64,000 bases of DNA, taken from positions 1-64,000 of IMG/VR virus record IMGVR_UViG_3300037488_001841. One strand, 5' to 3'. Below the pieces are notes generated by a model. That model was given only the letters and a program-made list of their open reading frames with translations, ran no database searches and was not told where the DNA came from. The position numbers and the translations under genes are program-made. Shown here one piece after another: positions 1-9,739 of the stretch; within the stretch, counting starts at the first letter, position 1, and each line of letters begins with the position of its first letter. This DNA comes from a virus.

Positions 1-213
1 CAAGATTTCTTGAACTCAGTAAATCCAATATTAGACGCTATCAGAAGAGATAGAGGTTTATATGATTTCCGAGTAACAGTTTCTTCAGATGTGGCTGATT
101 TAGATAGAAATCAAATGACAGGTAAGATTTATATCAAACCTACAAGATCCTTAGAATTTATAGATATTACCTTCTATATTACACCTACAGGAGCATCATT
201 TGAGGACATTTAA
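1..213 (+). CDS. Tail sheath protein, C-terminal fragment (5' truncated by window)
   Basis: IRRDRGLYDFRV...N+MTGKIYIKPTRSLEFIDITF is the typical gp18-like sheath C-terminus; the tail tube gene lies downstream. Confidence 0.9.
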   Translation, partial: QDFLNSVNPILDAIRRDRGLYDFRVTVSSDVADLDRNQMTGKIYIKPTRSLEFIDITFYITPTGASFEDI

Positions 214-238
214 TGGTCAAAATGAAAAAAAAATACGA

Positions 239-265
239 AAAGGGAGACAAGTTCTCCCTTTTTTT
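239..265 (+). terminator. Rho-independent terminator after sheath gene
   Basis: AAAGGGAGA-caagt-TCTCCCTTT followed by a T-run. Confidence 0.8.
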
Positions 266-267
266 AT

Positions 268-275
268 TATCTTTG
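268..275 (+). promoter_or_regulatory. Bacteroidota-type -7 promoter element (TAnnTTTG)
   Basis: TATCTTTG lies between the terminator and the ATG at 300. Confidence 0.55.
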
Positions 276-299
276 TACCGTACAAAATATAAAAAAGTT

Positions 300-1106
300 A
301 TGGTTAGTAATCAAGTATCAAGAGAAATCCCCACAGCAATTAAATATTATGCCTTTGATTGGGATGACAATTTAATGTATATGCCAACGTTTATTCGATT
401 AAAAGACGATAAAGGAAATGTTGTTGGTATGACCACAAAAGATTTTGCCAAGTATAGAGATATAGTCGGTAAAAAACCTTTTAATTATAAAGGACATACT
501 ATAGTTAGTACAACAAAAGATGGTTATGTGGAGTTCGGTGTGACATATGACGATCAATTTTTAATTGATTCTATGAATTCACCTGTAGGACCGGCATGGT
601 CTGATTTTGTGGAAGCAATCAATAATGGTTCAATATTTTCAATTATAACAGCAAGAGGTCATACTCCTTCAGTTCTTAAAGAATCTGTTTATAGATTAAT
701 TAAATCCAATAAACATGGGATTGATTCCAATAAATTAGTAAAAAATCTTTTAAGATATCGTGACTTGGCTGATGAGGAGAAATTATCTAAAGATAAATTA
801 ATAAGAAGTTATCTAGAATTATGTCGTTTTCATCCTGTATCTTTTGGTGTCGGATCGGAAGCAAACCCTGAAAAAGGTAAAATCCAAGCAATGGAAGAAT
901 TTATACGATATGTTAAACAGACATCTCATAATCTGCAAAGGAAGGCATTTATGAAAAACAAAATAAGTAATTATTTTACTCCATTTATTGGTTTTTCAGA
1001 TGACGATGAAAAGAATGTAGAATCTATGAAAAGCCATTTTAAAGATAAAGAAGAAGATATATTACAAACATATCTCACATCAGAAGGAATTAAAAGAAAA
1101 TATTAA
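300..1106 (+). CDS. HAD-superfamily hydrolase/phosphatase
   Basis: Motif I AFDWDDNL, motif II IITARG, Lys in EKGK, motif IV FSDDDEKN. Start moved from 213 to ATG 300 because 213-299 contains a terminator and a promoter box. Confidence 0.7.
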   Translation: MVSNQVSREIPTAIKYYAFDWDDNLMYMPTFIRLKDDKGNVVGMTTKDFAKYRDIVGKKPFNYKGHTIVSTTKDGYVEFGVTYDDQFLIDSMNSPVGPAWSDFVEAINNGSIFSIITARGHTPSVLKESVYRLIKSNKHGIDSNKLVKNLLRYRDLADEEKLSKDKLIRSYLELCRFHPVSFGVGSEANPEKGKIQAMEEFIRYVKQTSHNLQRKAFMKNKISNYFTPFIGFSDDDEKNVESMKSHFKDKEEDILQTYLTSEGIKRKY

Positions 1107-1190
1107 TTAATAATATCCAGTAATATCTAGTTCTAGATGTAATTTATTCAAAAAAAAGTAAAAGTAAATAGATATTTTTTGTTTGTGGTA

Positions 1191-1198
1191 TATTTATA
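1191..1198 (+). promoter_or_regulatory. Putative late promoter TATTTATA
   Basis: The same motif recurs upstream of many structural genes (see findings). Confidence 0.6.
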
Positions 1199-1231
1199 AT
1201 AAAAATAAACTAAAAACTAAAACAAAAAATT

Positions 1232-1720
1232 ATGGCTGATTTACTGATGAAAATGCCAGTTCCGTATGAACCGAAACGCCAGAATAGATTCATACTTAGG
1301 TTTCCTAGTCCACTAGGGATTAATGAATGGTTCGTAGAAAGTGCTTCAAGACCATCAATAAAAATTGGTTCAACTGAAATACAATTCTTAAATACATCAA
1401 CATATGTTGCCGGTAGATTCGTATGGGATCCGATTACGGTTAAATTTAGAGACCCTATCGGTCCTTCTGCGGCACAAGCGTTAATGGAATGGGTTCGTTT
1501 ATGTGCTGAATCTGTAACAGGTCGTATGGGTTATGCTGCTGGTTATAAAAAGAATATTGATTTAGAGATGTTAGACCCAACAGGTGTGGTTGTTGAAAAA
1601 TGGATTTTAGAAGGTACATTTATGACAGACGTTAACTTTGGATCATTATCTTATTCTCAAGATGCGTTGGCTGACATTACGGCAACACTTCGTATGGATA
1701 GATGTATCTTGGTTTACTAA
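1232..1720 (+). CDS. Tail tube protein (T4 gp19-like)
   Basis: YEPKRQNRF, GRFVWDPITVKFRD, WVRL, YKKNIDLEMLDPTG..VEKWILEG, FGSLSY pattern; 162 aa; follows the sheath gene. Confidence 0.9.
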   Translation: MADLLMKMPVPYEPKRQNRFILRFPSPLGINEWFVESASRPSIKIGSTEIQFLNTSTYVAGRFVWDPITVKFRDPIGPSAAQALMEWVRLCAESVTGRMGYAAGYKKNIDLEMLDPTGVVVEKWILEGTFMTDVNFGSLSYSQDALADITATLRMDRCILVY

Positions 1721-1743
1721 GAAATAAAATATCATATTATATT

Positions 1744-1776
1744 AAACCTATATGGAGAAATCCGTATAGGTTTTTT
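1744..1776 (+). terminator. Rho-independent terminator
   Basis: AAACCTATATGGA-gaaa-TCCGTATAGGTTT followed by a T-run. Confidence 0.8.
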
Positions 1777-1823
1777 ATTTACTAAAAAGTAAACCATTTT
1801 ATATTTAAAGTAAAAAAACAATT

Positions 1824-2588
1824 ATGGAAAACGATTCAAAACAATACGGTCAAATGGATTTTAATTTACCTCACGATGTTGTTACATTACCATCAGGTGG
1901 TAAATATTATACGTCTAAAAAGAAAAGTGTTAAAGTAGGTTATCTAACCGCCGCTGATGAAAATACACTATTGAATATGAATCCAAACAAAACAATTAAG
2001 GAATCAATTGTTTTACCTTTATTAAGAAATAAGTTATATGAGTCGGATATTAGACCTGAAGATTTATTAGATGGTGATATTGAGGCTTTGTTGATATTTT
2101 TAAGAAACACATCATTTGGTCCTGAATATGTGGTGAGTGTTACTGATCCTCAAACGAATAAAGATTTTAATGCCAATATTTTACTTGATGAGTTAAACAT
2201 TAATAAGGTTAGTGTTGAGCCTGATAATGATGGGTATTTAAATACTGAGTTACCAAGAACCGGATCTAAAGTAAGATTACGATTTTTAACCATGAGAGAC
2301 ACCATTGATATTGAAAGGATTGTTAGTGAATATCCATCAGGAAGAGTTGCTCCATTGGCAACATTAAGATTGTCAAAAATGATTGTTGATATTGATGGTA
2401 ATTCAGATAGAGGTGATATTAGTAAGTTTGTTGAAAATATGCCGATTATGGATTCCAAACATATTAAAAATTTCATGTCATCAAATGAACCAAGATTAGA
2501 CCTTATAAAAGAAGTTATAGCCCCGTCAGGAGAAAGAGTAATGGTGAACATTGCTTTTGGGGTGGAATTTTTTCGGCCTTTCTTCTGA
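1824..2588 (+). CDS. Tail assembly chaperone / T4 gp26-like baseplate hub assembly protein
   Basis: VTLPSGG..Y, LTAADE, DL+.GD..ALLIFLR..SFG and a C-terminal FF; lies between tube and tape measure. Confidence 0.75.
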   Translation: MENDSKQYGQMDFNLPHDVVTLPSGGKYYTSKKKSVKVGYLTAADENTLLNMNPNKTIKESIVLPLLRNKLYESDIRPEDLLDGDIEALLIFLRNTSFGPEYVVSVTDPQTNKDFNANILLDELNINKVSVEPDNDGYLNTELPRTGSKVRLRFLTMRDTIDIERIVSEYPSGRVAPLATLRLSKMIVDIDGNSDRGDISKFVENMPIMDSKHIKNFMSSNEPRLDLIKEVIAPSGERVMVNIAFGVEFFRPFF

Positions 2589-2727
2589 TTACTCCAAATT
2601 TATATTAGACGAATTTTATTTATTGGCAAAGATGTTAAGGACATCATATTCCGATTATTTAAAAATGCCAACATATGTGAGAAGATATCTTATAGATAAG
2701 ATTATTGAGGAACACAAAAAAGATTAA
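2551..2727 (+). CDS. Small gp51-like / chaperone-extension ORF, probably reached by +1 frameshift from the 1824 ORF
   Basis: Not in the ORF track. Frame open 2548-2727: ...FFGLSSDYSKFILDEFYLLAKMLRTSYSDYLKMPTYVRRYLIDKIIEEHKKD*; the 'M-P-x-x-x-R' motif is typical of chaperone extensions. Confidence 0.65.
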   Translation: MLLGWNFFGLSSDYSKFILDEFYLLAKMLRTSYSDYLKMPTYVRRYLIDKIIEEHKKD

Positions 2728-2761
2728 TAACTGGTATTTATAATAAAAAACTTTTAAGTAT

Positions 2762-4615
2762 ATGTTTAGTCCACCAAAAGATAACTCCATTCCAACAACA
2801 GTACAGGGTGCTGATGAAACTGGTAATGATATAACAAGAGTAGAGGATAATTTACTAAGTTTAAAAGATCTTACAGAAAAGATAGATTTATCAAAACCAT
2901 TCACTTCATTATCTGGAATTCTTGGGACTATTGGAGCACAATTAGGCCCATTGGGAATTGCTACCGCATTAAATAATTTAGATGAGTCGGCAAGTAAAAT
3001 AGTTAAATCATTTGGTATAAGTAAAGATAGAGCGGGGGAATTAAAACAAACTGTTGCGGATGCTATACCACAATTTGTGGGGTTAGGTCTTAGTGTTGGT
3101 GATGTTACGGAAACAATCAAAGGATTAGGTGATAGTTTGAAAACTAATATTATGATTAGTAGTGAATCTTTGGCGAACTTTGCTGCGACATCTGACGTAA
3201 CGGGAGTTAAACAAGCGGATCTTGCGGTTAAATTTAGAGATGTTGGGGTTAGTATTGGTAGTATTGGGGATAAGATGTTAGATGTTGTAAAAATTGCAAG
3301 ACAAGCCGGAGTCACAGTTGAAGCGGTTTCTGAAGGTGTTGTTGGTAATTTGGATAAGATGAACCTTTATAATTTTGAGGGTGGGGTTAAAGGTTTAGCA
3401 AAAATGGCCGCTCAGGCTTCAAGATTAGGGGTTAATATGCAAAGTATTTTCGCTGTTGTTGATAGAGTATTTAACCCTGAAGGTGCAATTGAATTCGCCG
3501 CGTCGTTACAAAGATTAGGTGTTACGTCAAGTCAATTGTTGGATCCATTAAGATTAATGGATTTGGCTCAAAATGACCCAACAGAACTTCAAAATCAAAT
3601 TGTGAATATGACAAAAGAATTCACAAGATTTAATAAAGAAAACAATCAAATAGAAATTTTACCGGGAGCAAAGAGACGTATTGAAGAAATTGGTAAAGCG
3701 ATGGGATTACCTTCTGGTGAACTACAAAAAATGGCGGTAAATGCGGGAATGTTTGAAATGAAATTGAAACAGATAAAATTCCCAACAGATATTGCGACCA
3801 AAGAGGATAGAGAATTGATTGCCACAATGGCTCAAATTAATGAATCTGGACAAGCTTATGTGAGAATTGAACAAAAAGATGAAAGAGGTAATCTTACCGG
3901 TGAGTATATAGAAAAATTAGTGAGTAACTTAGATACTCAAGATGTTAAAGATTTAGCGAAACAACAAAAATCTAATGATGCGTCAATAGAAGATATTGCA
4001 AAAAATCAATTAACAGAATTAAGGAAAATTGGGTCATCAATCAATGAATTTGTTGGTGCAGCAAAATATGGTGTAGCTAGTTCTAAAGGTTTCCAAGATG
4101 GATATAAAGGAACATTAGGGACTGTGCAACGTATGATAGATACTACTTTACCGAAAGAACCGTATAGAAGAAGTGAAACTTATAGAACAGGTACTGATGC
4201 AATGATAAAAGAATTAGATAAAATCATTGGGGATTTAGGGTTAGGTGATATGATAAGTAATTTTACTGAAGAGGCAAAGAAATTATTTAATAGTGCAACA
4301 AGTAGTATATCAAATTTAATTGGTTCGGGGGGAGTGGACTCACAAATTGGTGGTCAAACATTAGTACAAACATTAAATAACCCCAATTTAAATATATCTT
4401 ATGATCCGTTGACAATAACAACGGATAATAAGTTCACGGTAGATTTCAATGTAACTGCGGACGAAAAAATAAGTCCTCAAGCACAACAAGATATTAATAA
4501 GGCGGTATCCGATTATTTTAATGGACCTGACTCAAGAAAAAATATGGAAAATCTACTTATGAGAATTGATCAGATCAGAACATCAAGTGGCCAAAAACCA
4601 ATTTTCAAAAAATGA
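2762..4615 (+). CDS. Tape measure protein (putative)
   Basis: Ala/Gly/Leu-rich helical protein directly after tube and chaperone genes; preceded by TATTTATA at 2735. Confidence 0.7.
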   Translation: MFSPPKDNSIPTTVQGADETGNDITRVEDNLLSLKDLTEKIDLSKPFTSLSGILGTIGAQLGPLGIATALNNLDESASKIVKSFGISKDRAGELKQTVADAIPQFVGLGLSVGDVTETIKGLGDSLKTNIMISSESLANFAATSDVTGVKQADLAVKFRDVGVSIGSIGDKMLDVVKIARQAGVTVEAVSEGVVGNLDKMNLYNFEGGVKGLAKMAAQASRLGVNMQSIFAVVDRVFNPEGAIEFAASLQRLGVTSSQLLDPLRLMDLAQNDPTELQNQIVNMTKEFTRFNKENNQIEILPGAKRRIEEIGKAMGLPSGELQKMAVNAGMFEMKLKQIKFPTDIATKEDRELIATMAQINESGQAYVRIEQKDERGNLTGEYIEKLVSNLDTQDVKDLAKQQKSNDASIEDIAKNQLTELRKIGSSINEFVGAAKYGVASSKGFQDGYKGTLGTVQRMIDTTLPKEPYRRSETYRTGTDAMIKELDKIIGDLGLGDMISNFTEEAKKLFNSATSSISNLIGSGGVDSQIGGQTLVQTLNNPNLNISYDPLTITTDNKFTVDFNVTADEKISPQAQQDINKAVSDYFNGPDSRKNMENLLMRIDQIRTSSGQKPIFKK

Positions 4616-4659
4616 TAAATAAAAAAAGGTCTAAAGGTATTTATAGATAAAGTAAAAAA

Positions 4660-7600
4660 ATGCCAGAAAGTGTTTTATCATTTGCATCGTCGTCATCTTT
4701 TAGGGATACATTAATTGCTAGGAATTTAGCTCCCTATCAGGTACAAGGAGTATACACTCCCCCACCGGGAAACGTGACTTATGAAATTAGTCCGTTAAAT
4801 GACAGTAATGTAGTTGATTCTCCTGACAATTTAATTTCAACAAACCAATTATCAAACAATTTATATCCATTAAATCAATGGGGACCTGATGGTGGATTCC
4901 AAGGGAAATATAGTGTGGGGAATTTAGTTCCTGTACCGGCAAATGAAGGACCTTACGACCCAAATGATACACAATTAGATCTAATAAATGAATTTTATAT
5001 TGATGCTGCTTATGTAACAAACATTTATGGTCCTGAAGGAGGATATAAAGATTTAGTTATTATAACTGATTTACAACTATCGTCACATTATTATTTACCA
5101 TATTACGATGGAGTACCAAGTAATTACATTCCATCAACTTATAGTCCATATGCTATTTTATTTTCTGATAATCCAAGTGGTGATAATGGTAATTTGTCAC
5201 AAGATTCTTACCTTGCTAAAATAGGTGCGGTAGAATTAAAAGGGTATTTTGAAGATAGGATTGCTCAAGAATTAATTCAATTAACATTAGGTAGTGCTAA
5301 CTTAAGTAGTTTACAAGACCCTTTTAGTGCGTCAATGTTAGCGACGGGACAACAACCATTCTTTACAAAGAATTGGAAGATCACCGTACCTGAAAATCCA
5401 TTATTAGCGGCTGTTAGTTTTGCTAATAGATTAACGGGAACATATTTTCCTGTTTCGTTTATTCCTGGTGATTATTTTGATGATCCGGATCCTGTGTATT
5501 CACCACAAACTGAAAATGCATTAAACACCGTTAATAATTTAACGGGTGGTGCTTTAGGTGGTGTGTTGAATAAATTCAGAAGTCCTTCGGAAATATTTTT
5601 AGCAAATACTGGTAATGGACAACAATCTGTTTTATTTAAGAGTTTAGAATATAACTTATATAGACCAAACTACGATAAACCACCACTACAACAATTCACA
5701 AGTGCGATATCTAATTTATTTGGTGTTGGCCCTAACGGTGGGGGTGGATATTATGTTGGTAGTGAAGAAGCGGAACCATCACTTATAACCCAACCTGCTA
5801 ATCAAGTTGCGGTTAATTATCTTGGTGTACAACAAGGAACATTGGTATATGGTCCTTCAGAGTTAGGAAAACTATTTGAAGGAAACGAAGGTAAGATTAA
5901 TTTTGGTTTACAGGCGGAGTCCTATTCTAATCAAGGGGGAATAACAGGTAAATTTGTTTGGACATCCCCTAAGTATAAAGAAAATGCTGGATGGAAAGTT
6001 GGACCGGGTGGTGATCCTAAAATTATTGATGGTGAATTTAATGAAATACAAAATTCATACAATCAAAACTTATCTACCGATATTGAATTTAGAGGTGGGT
6101 CAATATTAGATCAAACTCAAAGAATTATTAATGCCGCTGATAACGTAGGTGGTGCGGCTAGATTAAAACACGCGGGTAATGCAATGAACCAAGTTTCTAA
6201 AGTATTCAACGATGGGTATAAAGAAATGACAAAAGGTTCTCAGGTTATTGCTTATTACGATAGTTCAACAGGAGAAGATGTTATTGGTGTTGATGGGATT
6301 GAAGTTGGTAGAGAATATTGTCGTGTGTTCCAAAAAGACACACCTTATTTAACATATGCTGACTTACAAAAAACTGATGGTATTACGGAATCAGGTCGTA
6401 AATTTAATAATTCGGTCCTTGATAATACATATAATCTAAACATTGCCCCGATACGAAATCCTGGATCAACAAATATTGTTGATAGTAAAGTTAAAAAGTA
6501 TATGTTCTCATTAGAGAATTTGGCTTGGAGAACTTCGGATCAACCTGGTTACACATATGATGATCTACCAACTTGTGAAAAAGGACCAAATGGGGGTAGA
6601 ATAATGTGGTTCCCACCTTATGATATTTCATTTAATGAGGATGTTAGGGCTTCATGGAACCCAACTAAATTTTTGGGTAGACCTGAACCAATTTATACAT
6701 ACGCTAATACAACAAGAAGTGGTAGTGTAAGTTGGAAAATTGTTGTAGATACTCCATCTGCAATGAATACTATTATTGAAAAACAATTAGCAAATAGACC
6801 GGCTAAAGAAGTGGATTCTATTATTGATTCATTCTTTGCGGGTTGTGTTAAATATGATATTTATGATTTGGCTGCCAAATTTAATACAATACCAACAAGT
6901 GAGTTATATACATACCAACAATTATTAAATGAACCAAGATTAACGGAAGAGGAATTAGGTTCAATTTATTCTAACATTAGTAAGGATAAGTCAACTGATA
7001 TTGGTAATAAAGGTGATGGTAATGCTGGTGGTGGTGATACACGACTGGTTGGTGATGAAAATGATGATAATGATACCCTTGAAACAGATGAAAATGAAAA
7101 GGTAGATATAACAAGTATTGAAAAGTTTATAGATTATTCATTCTATTTTGATAATGATTATCCTGAAGGGCAATATAGTGAGGCGGTTACTGCGAGTCAA
7201 CCATATGACTATTGGTACAATCAATATCTTTCAGTAAAAGGAACTAAATATATAACTAACCCACCTGAATATGTATATGTTGGTACTAAAAAGTACGAAA
7301 ATAAAAGTGTCATACAAAAATTCTACAATGATATAATTATTGGGAATTATCAAACAATTCAAACAGATTTTTTAAATAAATTAAAAGAAATTATTATAGA
7401 AAAAAATGGTTCGGTTAAAATAGAATTACAAGGATCGGCTTCTGCTCCTGCTAAAATTAATTATAATAGAAACCTTTCTAAAAGAAGAATAAATTCGGTA
7501 ACACAATGGTTTAGGAATCAAACAATTGGTGATAAAACTATTGCCGCTTTAGAAAGTGAAGGTAAAATAACTTTTATTGAAAATTCTAATGGGGAAGAAA

Positions 7601-9738
7601 TAACAATACCACAAAAAGATGGAAGTATATTTGAAGAGGTTGATTGTACAAAAAATATTACGCTGACACCAACAGAAAATCCAACATCAGGTGATATTAA
7701 TAATTCAAGTATAGCTCAGTGGTACTCAATACCTGCAATGGCTTGTAGGAGAGTTCGTATTGCAAGAATAGAACCAAGTGTACCTAAACCACCAACGCCA
7801 CCTCCGGCTCCACCTCCACCTCCATCACCACCTCCGGGACCACCACCACCTCCACCTCCGGGACCACCATCACCACCAACACCACCAACACCACCAGGTC
7901 CTAAACCTGTTAGAAAACCGGACCCACTTAAGAAAGTTAAGGAAGGTATATCAAAAAAGATATTAAGATATTTGTTTAGTGAGTGTGATTATTTTGAGGT
8001 TATAAAGGAAACTAATCCTATGGTTTATGATTCCATTAAGGAAAAAATTAAATATTTTAGTCCTGCTTTCCACTCAACAACACCTGAGGGGTTAAATGCG
8101 AGATTAACTTTCTTAAATCAATGTATGAGACCGGGTCAAACAATTCCGGTTATTGGACCTGATGGTAGACCAAAACATAATGATGCGTTAAATACGTCAT
8201 TTGGGGCTCCACCTGTATTAGTTTTAAGGATTGGTGACTTCTACCACACTAAAATAATACCAAACAATATTAGTATCACTTATGATCCGTTAGTGTTTGA
8301 TATCAACCCTGAGGGTATTGGTGTACAACCTATGATTGCTAAAGTTAGTTTAGGTTTTGATTTTATTGGTGGTAGTGGATTAGCTGGTCCGATAGAACAA
8401 TTACAAAATGCGTTATCGTTTAACTACTATGCAAATACTGAAATTTATGATGAAAGAGCAATAGCGACTGAAGATACTTCAGAGAGGGATGAAAAAATTG
8501 TTGGTAAACTAATTTCAAATGGTTCTGCACCATTAACTGTTGAAAAAATACCAAACGACATCTCTAATAGAGGTGGTCAGGCTATTGGTACGGTGGTAAG
8601 TGCAATTGCTAATACTGAAGGAACTGTTGAAACGGGTGAGATAGATTATGATAACCTCATCGGTGAGTTATCAACTAATACTAAAGAATTCTTTTCAACG
8701 ATATATAATAAATTAAAAAGTATAAAAGACGTTAGTAATTATGGTATTTTACAACTTGTTAATTATAAAACAAAATATTTTGATGGTAATATAAGTGAGT
8801 TTCCTGGTACGGTACCAACACCATTAAAAATTTATGGTAAACCTGATGATGTTGAAAAATTACTTAAAAACCTTGTGGATCAGGCGGTAAAAGATTGTAA
8901 GAATAATTTATCGCCCGTTCTTAGAGTGATTGTTGATAATCCGTTATATTCACCTGTTGCTCAAAGACAAGTAAGAAATAAAATGGAAGAAATTATAACT
9001 ACGAGATATGCTGAAATTAACGACGCGATTATTGGTCCAATAAATGATTTAACAAGTTATCAAGAAAACTTTAACTACACATTTAGAAAAACCGATGTTG
9101 TTGTATCAAAATTTGATGGTATATTATTAGAAAGTGGAGAACCAAAAGTTTATTCTTTAACGGGTGAAAGTGCAACAACAGTTACGGACAAAATATTAAC
9201 TGTGTATACAAATCAAGTGGGTAAAACAATAACAGAATTTTTAGATGTTATGTCTAAAAGATATATTATGAATAATGAGGGTGTTAAATATAACACATCA
9301 ACTAATTTAATGACTTTTCCTGGTAATTGGTTAGATACCTTCTTATATCCTGAATACACAAGATTTTATATGGTTATGTCAGAAATAATGTTAGATGATA
9401 ACAAATATAATTCCTTTATTAATAGTTTAACCTCATTAGAAAAAATAAAATCAAATCCGGATTTGGTAAGTGACTTAACCGAAAGATTCAAAAATTATAG
9501 GTCAAATTGTCAAATGGAAAAATTTGAAGAGGATAAGTTATTTACCGATTATGAGGCAAGTCCGGAATACCAAAAATTCCAAAGTTTTGAAATACTTCCT
9601 TTTGAGGCTAAAGTGGGTTATACTACAAGTAAGGATGTACAAAATTATAATGATGGTGTTAATAGAATTAAGAATTTATATTCAAAACAGAATCTTAACA
9701 ACGATGATAAATACAATGGTAAAGTAAAATTTAATTAA
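4660..9738 (+). CDS. Large baseplate / tube-initiator protein with inserted OmpA-like domain and Pro-rich linker
   Basis: FPPYD..FNE...ASW....FLGRPEPIYTY..T.RSG and PPVLVLRIGDF...I.ITYD...P...V.L.F.FIG (tube-initiator/gp48-like); YFDND..IELQGSAS..YN..LS.RRI.SV..RRV (OmpA-like). Confidence 0.6.
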   Translation: MPESVLSFASSSSFRDTLIARNLAPYQVQGVYTPPPGNVTYEISPLNDSNVVDSPDNLISTNQLSNNLYPLNQWGPDGGFQGKYSVGNLVPVPANEGPYDPNDTQLDLINEFYIDAAYVTNIYGPEGGYKDLVIITDLQLSSHYYLPYYDGVPSNYIPSTYSPYAILFSDNPSGDNGNLSQDSYLAKIGAVELKGYFEDRIAQELIQLTLGSANLSSLQDPFSASMLATGQQPFFTKNWKITVPENPLLAAVSFANRLTGTYFPVSFIPGDYFDDPDPVYSPQTENALNTVNNLTGGALGGVLNKFRSPSEIFLANTGNGQQSVLFKSLEYNLYRPNYDKPPLQQFTSAISNLFGVGPNGGGGYYVGSEEAEPSLITQPANQVAVNYLGVQQGTLVYGPSELGKLFEGNEGKINFGLQAESYSNQGGITGKFVWTSPKYKENAGWKVGPGGDPKIIDGEFNEIQNSYNQNLSTDIEFRGGSILDQTQRIINAADNVGGAARLKHAGNAMNQVSKVFNDGYKEMTKGSQVIAYYDSSTGEDVIGVDGIEVGREYCRVFQKDTPYLTYADLQKTDGITESGRKFNNSVLDNTYNLNIAPIRNPGSTNIVDSKVKKYMFSLENLAWRTSDQPGYTYDDLPTCEKGPNGGRIMWFPPYDISFNEDVRASWNPTKFLGRPEPIYTYANTTRSGSVSWKIVVDTPSAMNTIIEKQLANRPAKEVDSIIDSFFAGCVKYDIYDLAAKFNTIPTSELYTYQQLLNEPRLTEEELGSIYSNISKDKSTDIGNKGDGNAGGGDTRLVGDENDDNDTLETDENEKVDITSIEKFIDYSFYFDNDYPEGQYSEAVTASQPYDYWYNQYLSVKGTKYITNPPEYVYVGTKKYENKSVIQKFYNDIIIGNYQTIQTDFLNKLKEIIIEKNGSVKIELQGSASAPAKINYNRNLSKRRINSVTQWFRNQTIGDKTIAALESEGKITFIENSNGEEITIPQKDGSIFEEVDCTKNITLTPTENPTSGDINNSSIAQWYSIPAMACRRVRIARIEPSVPKPPTPPPAPPPPPSPPPGPPPPPPPGPPSPPTPPTPPGPKPVRKPDPLKKVKEGISKKILRYLFSECDYFEVIKETNPMVYDSIKEKIKYFSPAFHSTTPEGLNARLTFLNQCMRPGQTIPVIGPDGRPKHNDALNTSFGAPPVLVLRIGDFYHTKIIPNNISITYDPLVFDINPEGIGVQPMIAKVSLGFDFIGGSGLAGPIEQLQNALSFNYYANTEIYDERAIATEDTSERDEKIVGKLISNGSAPLTVEKIPNDISNRGGQAIGTVVSAIANTEGTVETGEIDYDNLIGELSTNTKEFFSTIYNKLKSIKDVSNYGILQLVNYKTKYFDGNISEFPGTVPTPLKIYGKPDDVEKLLKNLVDQAVKDCKNNLSPVLRVIVDNPLYSPVAQRQVRNKMEEIITTRYAEINDAIIGPINDLTSYQENFNYTFRKTDVVVSKFDGILLESGEPKVYSLTGESATTVTDKILTVYTNQVGKTITEFLDVMSKRYIMNNEGVKYNTSTNLMTFPGNWLDTFLYPEYTRFYMVMSEIMLDDNKYNSFINSLTSLEKIKSNPDLVSDLTERFKNYRSNCQMEKFEEDKLFTDYEASPEYQKFQSFEILPFEAKVGYTTSKDVQNYNDGVNRIKNLYSKQNLNNDDKYNGKVKFN
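7782..7910 (+). repeat. Poly-proline low-complexity repeat
   Basis: (CCA/CCT/CCG)n encoding PKPPTPPPAPPPPPSPPPGPPPPPPPGPPSPPTPPTPPGPKP; ccacctccgggaccacca occurs twice. Confidence 0.9.
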
Positions 9739-9739
9739 A

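Noticed and set aside
213-299. N-terminal 29 aa of the 213..1106 ORF
   Set aside because: Runs through a terminator hairpin and promoter box; ATG 300 is the more plausible start
2150-3315. Minus-strand ORFs 2150-2551 and 2659-3315 (and similar short antisense ORFs elsewhere)
   Set aside because: They overlap well-supported plus-strand genes and have no recognisable motifs
7778-7966. His-rich 62-aa ORF
   Set aside because: Alternate frame of the polyproline CCA/CCT repeat
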